IMG/VR virus record: IMGVR_UViG_3300037991_004283
Location: 1 to 33,579 of that record
From: a virus
Lineage: Duplodnaviria > Caudoviricetes
DNA length: 33,579 nt
Reading direction: 5' to 3' (one strand)
Part shown: in pieces, positions 15,001 to 20,400 of the stretch
Layout: each line of letters begins with the position of its first letter
Numbering within the stretch: the stretch's first letter is position 1
The notes under the pieces: model-generated
The model's input: only the letters and a program-made list of their open reading frames with translations
Database searches by the model: none
Told to the model about the DNA's origin: nothing
Program-made: the position numbers and the translations under genes

Positions 15001-17424
15001 GTGAGGTTTGTCGTCTAACAAGTAAACACCCAACATTGTATCTTGAGTTGTCTCAACTATGTCTGTTGCATATTGCAGTTCTTTATCTGTACTAGTAAAG
15101 TTGTTTACTGATAAAACATTACCTGTAAATCCTTTCTGTAATCTCATATAGTTTGTAAAATGCTCTAAGTATTCAGGCTCAGATATTGTTGTTTTTTCAT
15201 CGTTGAGAGGATTTGATCTCCAACTTAAAGGTAAATCATATTTGCTAATACTATTTTCTGCTATCAATCCAGTAGAAGATTTAACACTTATGTCTATAAG
15301 TGTGCCTTTTACAAAATCAAAACTATTAAAGTTTATAAATCCGTTACTATCATATGTAAAGTTTTTATTGTCTTTTCCATCAACAGTAACAATTATATCA
15401 TATCCACTGTGATTGTTTGCGTCTGCATTTGGTAAAGCACCTGCAAAATACAAAGTTTTTTCTGCATCTACATCGACAGTAGACAGTTCATAATGTGTAG
15501 ATATTCTTTGCTTATGTCTTTTGTTAGTGTTTTTATACAGTTTATGATATTCTGCAGTAGTTTTTAGTAGTTTGTAATAATAGTATCCTTTTTGTACTGT
15601 TGGTGTTGTGGAACCAACTACTGTATATTCATAAGAACTTGTAAGTGCAAAATTTTCATATTCTATTTCACTTGCACTCTTAAATGCTTTAAATGTTAAT
15701 GGGAAGCCGTACTCTGTATCATTTATTCCAGAGCCTATTTTGTGACCAAAAATTTTGTTTCCTGTAAAATTATTTAAAGGATATAAACTGGTATCTCCCA
15801 AGTATGTTTTATCATCTTTGTAAAGATTAAACAATGGAGGTGTTGATCTATTTGGCTTAGTTTGTGCTAATTTAAGTTCTGAACCATCAAAATAATATTC
15901 TGTACCTATATGATTTACACCTCGATGAATACTTACAACATCTCCTGTAGTAAATGTATCTACAATACTAAATGATAATGTTGAGCCTGATGTGGTTATT
16001 TCATAAATATTTTTACTGATTGAACTTTCTTCGTTAGGGAAAATACATCTGTATTTTGGTGTAACATTACCTGCTGGTAGTTCTGTGCCATCTATAAGTT
16101 GATTAGGATCTAAGTTTCCTGCCTGAGTAAATGTTAAATCAGTTAATGCTAGATCTACATTACCTTTAGATGTTACACCATGGTTGTATAGTTCTAAGTC
16201 TGCATCATATTCCAATATGGCTCTTAATGCTCTTTTGTTTTGATTAGGTATTCTGTCCTCGGCATCTAAATAGTTGTCTTTATGCCACCAAAAATTATTC
16301 CTACTCCAAATATTTTTATTTGCTGAGCCCCTACCAAGTGCTATATAATCTTTTCCAGTAGTATATGAGTATGGTGCTGATCTACAATCAGACATATCTA
16401 TAAGTTTTATACTGCTTCCTACACCTGTAACTACATAATTTGTGTCTTTAGTAATAGTTGAGGATATTACATAATTACCACTAAACTTAATTACCATTCC
16501 ATTTCTGAATGCTTTACCACCAGCAGGTGTATAAGTTTTCTTGTTAGTAATATCTCTTTCTACATCTATATAATTTGTTACATTACCTGTAAGTGTAATT
16601 GCTGTAGGACCTGCCTCATGTGTAATTTTACCTCCTGATGTCCAAGTTGTAAAATTAGAACTGTCTAATGGAGTCCTTAAATCTTTATCTGTAAATAGTT
16701 TAAATGTTCTAGAAGTAACTTTTTCCACATAGTAAGTTTGGTTATTGACTTCTGTCATACCACTTACGCCTGTAATAGTTACTTTATCGCCTGAATAAAA
16801 ATTATGATCCTGATTTGTTGTAACTAATGCACTTGTACTTTGTGTAATATCAGCAGTAAAATTGTATGTATCTATTGAAGCATCTTTTACAAAAGATGAA
16901 CCTGATTTAAAGTCTCTATTTGCAATATAATAATCAGTGTTATTTTTGATAACTTGATTTACTTTAAAATCTGTATTTGCTGACCAGGTTACCACAGTAT
17001 GACAATTTGCTGTAGTTTCAGGATCGAAATAATATTCCTGGAAGTTTATAAACTTGTCTATATCAACAGGAGGTATATATGCCTGGAAATCTGTTGAAAA
17101 TATTTTGTCCTGGTTTATTGTGTTTGCACCATATATTTTTAAAGTATTAATGTACTCATCAAAAAATATAAAATCTTCACTTTTACCAGTTGTTAAGTTT
17201 AAAGTATTAACTACTGGAGACAGGCTATAGAATGTCCTGTCTATACTAGGCTCAGTAAGGTATGCTATATCAACATTATGATCAGCACTTGTTTTCTTAC
17301 CTATAAATCCAGTTATTATTTCACTATTTGCTTCTGCAAAAAGTTGTTCAACAGTACTTTCAAAAAAGTTTTTTACTGCTGTAGTCTGATTTATTACTGG
17401 TAATTGTTCGTAAATTTTTGCCAT
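31..17424 (-). CDS. Giant (5797 aa) mosaic virion structural protein, probably baseplate/tail-associated, with CBM5/12-like repeats, FCCH-like domains, a YHYH-like domain and GxGY repeats
   Basis: Uninterrupted 17.4-kb ORF starting 1 nt after the stop of the gp6-like gene, with AGGT upstream. It is T/N/S/G-rich and holds several recognisable modules (see sub-features). Its position after gp6 suggests a gp7-like wedge or fibre-carrier role (inference). Confidence 0.85.
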   Translation of the reverse strand: MAKIYEQLPVINQTTAVKNFFESTVEQLFAEANSEIITGFIGKKTSADHNVDIAYLTEPSIDRTFYSLSPVVNTLNLTTGKSEDFIFFDEYINTLKIYGANTINQDKIFSTDFQAYIPPVDIDKFINFQEYYFDPETTANCHTVVTWSANTDFKVNQVIKNNTDYYIANRDFKSGSSFVKDASIDTYNFTADITQSTSALVTTNQDHNFYSGDKVTITGVSGMTEVNNQTYYVEKVTSRTFKLFTDKDLRTPLDSSNFTTWTSGGKITHEAGPTAITLTGNVTNYIDVERDITNKKTYTPAGGKAFRNGMVIKFSGNYVISSTITKDTNYVVTGVGSSIKLIDMSDCRSAPYSYTTGKDYIALGRGSANKNIWSRNNFWWHKDNYLDAEDRIPNQNKRALRAILEYDADLELYNHGVTSKGNVDLALTDLTFTQAGNLDPNQLIDGTELPAGNVTPKYRCIFPNEESSISKNIYEITTSGSTLSFSIVDTFTTGDVVSIHRGVNHIGTEYYFDGSELKLAQTKPNRSTPPLFNLYKDDKTYLGDTSLYPLNNFTGNKIFGHKIGSGINDTEYGFPLTFKAFKSASEIEYENFALTSSYEYTVVGSTTPTVQKGYYYYKLLKTTAEYHKLYKNTNKRHKQRISTHYELSTVDVDAEKTLYFAGALPNADANNHSGYDIIVTVDGKDNKNFTYDSNGFINFNSFDFVKGTLIDISVKSSTGLIAENSISKYDLPLSWRSNPLNDEKTTISEPEYLEHFTNYMRLQKGFTGNVLSVNNFTSTDKELQYATDIVETTQDTMLGVYLLDDKPHNLVDSLRFNKEEYSKYKKRFLRELENYFNQFDVENLTNEFILEKVLRNVISFSVGRKVFNQSYLLPFGDNYYEESITITDTSVVDYTPTAYYDLDKVENSLLIYKDRGTERTLLCVDKDYTYSSYNPITISLLNSADFNTGDVLTFKFYDSERDSAQCPPTPSAMGLYPLYQPAKEVDSTFQTDQTLILGHDGSRTTLLGDRRDDIILEFENRLYNSAKAEFRNANSVGNYSAIDIRPGYFRSTDYDLSDWHNLLNLNFQNWIKENAVDPIANDFYDLTNEFTWNYRGVSDIPGHWRGWFEYYYDTVRPNTHPWEMLGFTEKPTWWDTTYITATYTDYGSDNIPMWTDIEQGKIVSGARQNLTNDLYKNTEFNPYRRIGLLDILPVTADATLKSPYDIATTGSTTLTPTWTNATPNTSLGYVTTSFRSLDGVNVKFDGSNVYLESNNIVSHSITITDSSASYINANAQTLTYIVPRRNLNTISLSDNAMSRPAVGVANNGQPIYNVQDVNSWTASDGTVSTYHFNRVESETSPFALGNVDENGVQYYHTLNADIVGSSVWGNATTHSGIVGWSFDGIPIYGPYGYTSYHANGEIKTNTITNIKSVFELRSGTRGSGPGGAHTGEFAEDFTYNSALEGTDGYVGGSASIGKYNLRYGKTPDSPSTAIKFYVCTQDDNGNPMFPYHIGGGTKNHGGANTIYGNKYYNVPSLNSHNNTANFDATATDAITSEFSEVQSTTNNISEPWRIGDGAPVENAWKYSEEYPFAVVEALLIAKPGIFATVYSDPTKITKPSADARSYISTETRKRWKFTDSTDFKIHGDKDSNGDLIANIGYTQFIYSWLNYQGLNTSENFAEKLRTLNLKLGHRFAGFVDKDTMRLTLDQYSSTGSSTNLILPDENITVDIHDSAYKTRNYYSGVIVEKTTDGWKVRGYDKKLGYFETLQLDLTGTTESVNVGGDTVSHSTWQSNVSYSVNSYVIHNGGYYRATDDVPSSATFNVLFWQSIGSLPQENSATATYYKQSTDIVERVYYETEYTDAQSLFNFLIALGRFQARAGYDLTNYDVSINDTRDWLFAAKQYLFWTTGSWQVGNTIELSPLANSLKFTPPSGFVAKVSRSERNMFSIVDQTGKAIEPTECDILREDTSIEIIPPTGVEIYGIVLYSKEIEHAMVIDNVTDFADTIFDPVINQRQNRIKLKATRTVNWDGKLSTQGFIVSGDELIPNLDNLAQTMGRYSEIGYVPVERDVYEASRRIYGYEERSYLNELDITDDNQFEFYKGMIQNKGTGSSLSRIARSSKIVQGDMNVYDEWCIKVGDFGDVANDQSIELNIARANVVQDPQLITLAFPQDTTGTVSSVRIVDAKHKYFDVPTITINNPTTGSNVATVQPSLNTNGEISSIAVTNAGTGYVAGTGLTIETANISTNDTTQTFVRVDALSTNYVTLKEYSGSNSSLLVSSNVANISGLGNLTVTDHFGNYSAGTDAATYNLGSITDLANVATLINTNADMNSNITASVITNIAVSNVSSNTANVGYFTYLKITGDDFTLSDDDSNVTLGKLQLGQTKRYQPRQRYKLTTANNTVKANITVSVANSTVVSSNYDYDAGDRWQIQPLADTTTGSVTFGNATVGLADTSTGIVTNLINGSTSFDQINYTTIDNNDYAFIDVFIDGTLIENEGDIIYYTVTGNTITFANVELLPKKAITTSSNVYIIEHSTIDFVDAFMGDVPGASLNIKATTNDDITAIVTPVRNYEITPDASDDEIILIDIDDKNRFLKKPTGLKTDELWKTTSNVSAIGITDSKFNPLPNAGYVNTNNVNFSAFNVPSVPQLFASNIKFKPEANDTIHLAKAENQDWNVYQLKDANSTLSFVEQDNATETAYLYMNDVDLFSYVDDNAIGGTDNSRYLDYHLVIKNADISDEFVIWTNQEVVDRKGVKISNFAGKNMTTANITSIGPANVMTISNITPSITDSSVATANVTASAGTIQISTSVYNLVNGDTVGFAEGQPSQFTFNTTSEEHVTVDAEATLSTSSNVLTFSANANTTLANVSYTTGNAAIIPIADVEAAQYANTTTTVSGTEYMIVNVGTTNFNTIGATGTPAVGDIFTANVSGSLSGNGIVSATTGITYINEGNIIVPNNYLSGTGQSISATFVDNNLIKLNVANIHQSGANIVKSGRTIELVSSNATYSGQTFTIQDVQEHFITIFGDDFPLVETGNVEVVDLSALAITGFKYNNHSNLHTQDYTISNVTSSGFTVYDANVTANIAPSVLSVRYFGRTRITADTVDHNLATGDIVKLIANAYSGYYYVESADENSFVIDAPYNVNVSKSGSIIKPGMVITTDKAHGIDPTYVGKRIAVHMADPDYYNRVYTVSGVTSGTSNTITIGDAYSFADVANVQFTNWTGSTAFTKGQRIKRNDVMYVAASDFTSNTSFDSNNLNIGKPAIVTTIDHNKIKLNNTDIVLNDIKSEADVVDSINNAMTLRRGAIDNDHTQISFPMISGNNNDKLLPILGDYRQIAGYSPLVNADDIDNTALTQNMSRAGTLTYNTNKKGFVNDSNQPIFDTGEYGGQDPATTLNVGPGNPVHLGNTNDYNSYTDPLNIPLYNMPDQNGTSVPGSGTQSGAKPIIDPRKAFANISKKPCVDMCSPIHQPPTPPVSSGTQPPQQTTICYGGTLLNPDNDSPGVKIVSATSHGKRRWTSEWSGYYSMNGSHAGFISQVGGQKAGLSGRALAGIVTWSDNGSTKNFTMQIKFKEAGTFYAHVFNAGRSGYNDRTYVNISGAASGNGRQNSVHSGKSFNFSARAGVAEFTVTAGQTVTFSGTCKGGGNHWHGLGMHISASRTGLESCAKTTLPATSTTGGYANQSQTNHTQGNATVSYHEQHNRQSRQTDNHYFTLSSSGQVEVLFDMYSGADGIEIFQGVSKGGENKLLASTKNQSLGTPHLLTPNEKNEILSKNGGGNTVHGQVRNFVFSGDKIKYGGSYKFGVDIANGTYLKVVVDKPSIVYRFVMKLPNNPVKKPDPQQNPNPGQPCALSVYNPGAPTPSTGTQTPVYSPGGQPTTTKKKKVPNHGAGGVGYSGGAVGGGGAGYYQNYGAQGYYMYHNQLKAGGGSNRNNGAQAYHVMHNYGGMGLAPMAGFSMIPDIFKKTVKTTVSNPYGKYQPLTGTQFVNNTVQRVTGGQVVPLAQPLRNVAPSKPGKLRALDLDNYPFWNELTFTGDNFYKKGDNFFTYTPGKIGSDIRLQDGTLIGNVLDDFNIQDGISGMDVLLNYPGQIPTVLPNPNRTTMPLGPGYELPKDDSPYEGNVTFSDRPVIGITPKIKDELGNFIPAGPTAYCDISRPTPGFTIAKDDMTGITPGDELIINNTKITFPGSDPKQVETALRCTQGSGFHVHDTFKDGKPALRVSSCSNAPLTIRDGCAGGIYKEVLDFHVVRGFEQSETSNTVVLPATTGYGYANTAVNPSATYTMYNAAGTSTGTFSGSGGTPSTTTGAILSSKSKSSGGSGYSVGDRLRIVGGLPIENPYGGITEFCIDMPGMNYSEGANVKVYIGDGTTPGSGAVAGNVTLNADGGIASIEIVSGGEGYDFSRPPKIKIIDLAESVTYNTVPAMVTAKIGTGKGLPPRVAKFIVSSVNAEGTITSLQIIDRGIYKQFPADLSMGVPLEYDAIGLGDETGVDGNGQYFQGTGLGQFDPLNDNERLDSPGAYDPINGTVAGGTGARVFLTAREIPDCSEKGDARRQLGMPDQVMDISIPDDMAACINTALFDAGYDPDKIHLDTGNVNDLIDLLKIRTPGYDGVGIDELTPGFLEKLGIPPGDYNIDSLCIDAVLETPNTPVRRANKVEVGTNLLDDDRFALATLPDSPTISINCIDTIGPGWRDGSIGGNGQDPNSILGDANVVFTTDMFQYELRTISGEPVNTTSLQQEVQVLFLESNRYDTETGLTLADYSNVWIDNYNNTGWAYFENGEQKISQPKLVDTTFVENAIIYDKETGEKEYDLHFYDPFKGVIPGFIQKEIHFTGDSDPVVYNNARSGFGRKDIGKIWWNTSTIAYKWYEQTDSNRERWLNWGQTFPGSGITLYEWVEDTSPPVNYTGTGTPKNNSEFVLERRINPVNGRYTNYYYFWVQNKTTLENVAIEDLGREYDTFTLAKYLADPIGTGLPLISFVSDKAMVLSNIAPLLREDEQNLQINFSRNLNPVGQKHTAWKLLREDDNNSIIPEDLANKLIDSLAGVDALGQSVPDPLLSEVEAYGIKFRPRQSMFKDIKGARQVLHYTLNEILADLKLNTNYPNWDIDLPVARTYIDTVNWYGVQYTDASNNKKVRYDATFKPIYKVNSVQELDTLQNIPDNTIVQVKSPNSTLYSLHKYIASTTSFELITIQNDNIKLKESIYTDDTNATMSNEIRLLLVALKDNVFAGTNLWNKLFFALMKYAYTEQKQLDWAFKTSYVFVEKEEEDLIEINGFKVDNFDKVLQYFDEVKPYTAKVREYKDGKSPLKENFGVNSVSDFDKPPYADPTTGNVRILDDFLQADSNIIQTNDAYTKYFSISNKSLDPIRHSNTTIKFDRVDYSLLPHDYEPAVNVATWTANATYPRNSYVVNNGAYYKANVDIAGASAFSSTNWTSLGSNISVIPVADTANGAIARNIVTLTVQSNAQVQSNTLIGASERAFKFNPAIQTEFAAELNDYYSITDATSNANVINSSDVAGSIANITAVVNAGKLDKTLALVKTAAGGDFQGEVTDANLFTRSFGVDTNTFQSQIGFNRTGWNTEKLDVQVDVKNYQGVFNTSISGNEVSFERDGTVYEGFDGVTFKRVLYGEERPQELIMLEPLETIVFRVTSHKHLQGNTSLTAASSNASTVKYQMTNNIYGDTEFIRIKQDGSTTTTLSANLYTYSDEISVANASVLAKPLNRIPGIIWVGTERIEYTARNTNTNKLSGLTRGTNGTSTQDWTTGTEVLNANKTEQFDSYPITSNIWLDNGAVSLSDLGNANVSDSSSIMRFLHGRE
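1186..1296 (-). repeat. CBM5/12-like (chitin-binding type 3-like) module, copy 4, within the giant protein
   Basis: WTANATYPRNSYVVNNGAYYKANVDIAGASAFSSTNW fits the W-x5-Y-x5-V-x2-G-x2-Y-x-A...W pattern. Confidence 0.6.
4075..4545 (-). repeat. Cluster of GxGY-type beta-strand repeats in the giant protein
   Basis: Units include SSGGSGYSVGDRL, DMPGMNY, SIEIVSGGEGY..PPKIKI and SLQIIDRGIY; another copy, SIAVTNAGTGY, lies near 10785-10825. This motif type is common in large structural proteins of T4-like aquatic phages. Confidence 0.5.
7717..7815 (-). repeat. CBM5/12-like module, copy 3, within the giant protein
   Basis: WTGSTAFTKGQRIKRNDVMYVAASDFTSNTSFD aligns by eye with the other three copies. 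Confidence 0.55.
12001..12111 (-). repeat. CBM5/12-like module, copy 2, within the giant protein
   Basis: WQSNVSYSVNSYVIHNGGYYRATDDVPSSATFNVLFW fits the same pattern. Confidence 0.6.
12940..13680 (-). other. YHYH-like domain embedded in the giant protein
   Basis: The motifs AVGVANNGQPIYN, QYYH, HSGIVGWSFDGIPIYGPYGY, GEFAEDFTY, RYGKTPD and FPYHIG occur in the order typical of YHYH (PF14240) proteins. Confidence 0.7.
16621..16857 (-). other. E1 FCCH-like beta domain within the giant protein
   Basis: LVTTNQDHNFYSGDKVTITGVSGMTEVNNQTYYVEKVTSRTFKL...DSSNFTTWTSGG matches the ubiquitin-activating enzyme E1 FCCH pattern (H.F..GD.V....V.GM.E.N...F...D.S.F..Y..GG), which also occurs in phage virion proteins. 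Confidence 0.7.
16891..16986 (-). repeat. CBM5/12-like module, copy 1, within the giant protein
   Basis: WSANTDFKVNQVIKNNTDYYIANRDFKSGSSF fits the same pattern. Confidence 0.55.
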
Positions 17425-17425
17425 G

Positions 17426-20400
17426 TTACCTATCAGTTCTTAATGTTTGCGAAGTAATCTTCTCAACTATTTCTATATCATTAACTGTTGCAGTACTAAT
17501 GAATAATTCATTTGGTTCTGCTTTTACTTGGAATAAATCTCCAAAATTTCCTGCTGTATTTTTAGGTAGTATTACTATACTGCCAATAGCATTACCTAAG
17601 TTTCTATGTATAAAACTTGAAAGTTCAGTAAAGTAAAAAGTTTCACCAAACTGCCAATTGTTTGCATCAAAATAATTATTAAATAAATTAATAACACTAG
17701 ATTTTAATTCATTATCACTAAAATTAGATCCTGGTATTTTTACTATTTTAAATTTTGCCTGGAAGGCCGAATCTGCATCTGAACCAAACAGTAACTTAAA
17801 TTTAGCACTTCTGTAAACTATTGTGTCACTTGCACTCTTAAATTCATTAAGTTTTTCAAATTCGTTTGATAATTCTTCACTTGTAGGCGATACTGGATAT
17901 GCTGTACCAGGAACATTAATGTATTTTAGTATCTCTTGATAATATGTTTCTGTAAGCACGGTCATTTCTACAATATTACTAATACTTGGATCTATTCTCA
18001 CGTCATTAGGTGCTGTATGATTCCATTTAAGTATTACATTTTGTGGATCTTGTATTGCTGTATTTTGTGTACTTGCCCTACCCTCTCTTACAATGTAATC
18101 TGAACTTTCATTTAATGTAATTGTTGCAGGTGCTGTACTACTTGCCTGCATTTGATAAACTTTTTTATTTTCTGTTACATATATTACTAAACCATTATAT
18201 CTAGTTTCTGTATTGTTTAGTGATTGTGCTATTGCAAGAGTATCAACAATTAAATAATCTACAGTATTCCATGAAGTTTGATTTAAATAACTGCTGGGAG
18301 ATAAGAAATCTGTATCACTTAAATCTATACTAGTTTCACCTCTATAGTCTAAAAATACGCCACTTACAGGTCTATCATATGTGTAGCCATCAAAGTCTGT
18401 ATAGTATTCAAAAAATACTAAACTTTGTGGACTTACAAAATCGTCGTATTGTAAAGGATCATCTGGTACTAAATCTTCATTGCTGTCTATAGGCGCAACT
18501 TTAACTTTTCTAGGATCACAATATCCATCTGCTTCTTTAAATGTATCTGATATTGTCCATACAATGTCTTTATCTAATTTTTCTTTATCGTTAAGATAAA
18601 TTACTCTTAATTTATCAACACTAAAATTAGTACTACTATCTGAAGCATGTAAAAATCCTGATGCTGTCTGTAAATTAGTATATGTAAGTGTACCAGTTTG
18701 TGCAACTGTATTTGCATTAGATAATACTAGTTTACCTGCCGCACTTACATTTGCTGAAGCACCATTTACACCAAAAGAGTGACTTACACCATTAGCAAAT
18801 GCTTTATAAATTTCATTTACTCCTGTACCTAAATTTTCTCCTCTGTAAATTACATTACCTGTGCTATCAAAAAGGTTATATCCGAAAGTAGTATTGTCAA
18901 AGTTTATAACTATATTTGCAGGAAAGTGTTCTACCCTACCACTAATATTAGCAATAGTTACATTAGTTCTTTCTGCAAAAACTGTGTTATCTTCAAAAAA
19001 TGTATTTAAGTTTACTGTTGCTTCGTCAACAAATCTATTGCTTGATAAAACGTTTGCATAAGAATCACCACCTCTTAATAATCCAAAGTTACTTTGCCAT
19101 TCTGCATCTATATCATACCAATAATAATTTCTGCTTCTTAATGGTATATTAGGTAATGTAGATAATGGAGTATATCTTTGTCCTGTTTCTTGGCTTTCCC
19201 ATGCTTCTCCTAAATTGTCATTATCATTATCATACCATTTAAATACTTCTGTTACACCTGGTTTTGTATTTAATGTGTTCAGTGTGATTGAATCTCTAAC
19301 TGCTTTAGTAGTGTTATCTGTAATTTTAACACTTTTAACATTGTAAAACTTTAAGTTTTCTTTACTTTGTATAACATAATCCAATCCTCTTACACTTACG
19401 TTATAACTGTATGAGCTTGTTGTAATAGCATTAAATTGAAAATGGATCAAATAACTAGCATCTTGGTTAGTATTTGATGTATCTTTTGCATTTGCATAAC
19501 TAAAATCTGGTAATACGCCATTTGTTGGTAATGCTAAGTCTTGATTTTGCACAATGTAATACGAGTCTAATGATGGATCATATCCAATACCAAAGTTTCT
19601 TTTATTGTTGATTTCGTTAATAATTGCATCTTGCTCTGTAGCAGTAAATGTTTTTCTTAATGTTGCAATTATTTCATTTGCCTTCCAACCGTTAGTAATA
19701 GTACTACTAATTGTAAGTGGTCCAGTTGATGTACTTAATCCACTTGATAACTGACCATTGTTGTCTATTTTGGTAAGTCTTACCCATTTGTAATCTGATA
19801 TATTATTAGGGTCAACAAATTTAACAAAGTTGTTTTCTTTAAACATTGACGTATCTGCTGTATTATTAATTAATACACTTGTGGTTGTTACGCCACTTAT
19901 AAGAGATGTTTCTGTTAGATACCCTGTTGTATTAGTTGTTTTTACAGGTAAAGTTGCCCAATTAATTGTTCTGCCACTAGTATCAAACGTAGCAGGTGTT
20001 GTAGCAATTACACTTTTTCTAAATGTGTTGTATATAAAATTGTTTAAATTTTGTTTCTTTAAATACAGTGGTAGTACACTATTAACTACTTCTGTTGCTG
20101 TATTGTTTTCGTTAATTGTAAATTTTTCTGAGCTGTTGCTTATGTCAGCATATATTACACCATCCTCTGCATATGATTCTATGCTTTGGAAAGTTCCTGT
20201 AGGATCTGTAATATCAATATATCTACTATGCCCAGCATGTGTTCTGTTAGTAGCCTTTAATTTATTAATATTGGTAGATTGGCTACTAGGAAAAACCTGA
20301 TAGTCTTGAGCACTTACCATTCTGTTTTGCGTATAGAATGTTTGTGGTGCACTTGCTTTAACATTTACTAATGACTCTGCTGGTAAACTGTTATTAACAG

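Noticed and set aside
16621-16857. A ubiquitin-like conjugation system suggested by the E1 FCCH-like domain
   Set aside because: No adenylation (ThiF) domain, E2 or ubiquitin-like protein is evident in the window. Stand-alone FCCH-like domains are a known feature of phage structural proteins.
31-17424. Intein or intron as an explanation for the size of the giant ORF
   Set aside because: I saw no convincing Hint-domain N-terminal block, no C-terminal HN-[CST] junction and no LAGLIDADG motif. An HMM scan would be needed to exclude this fully.
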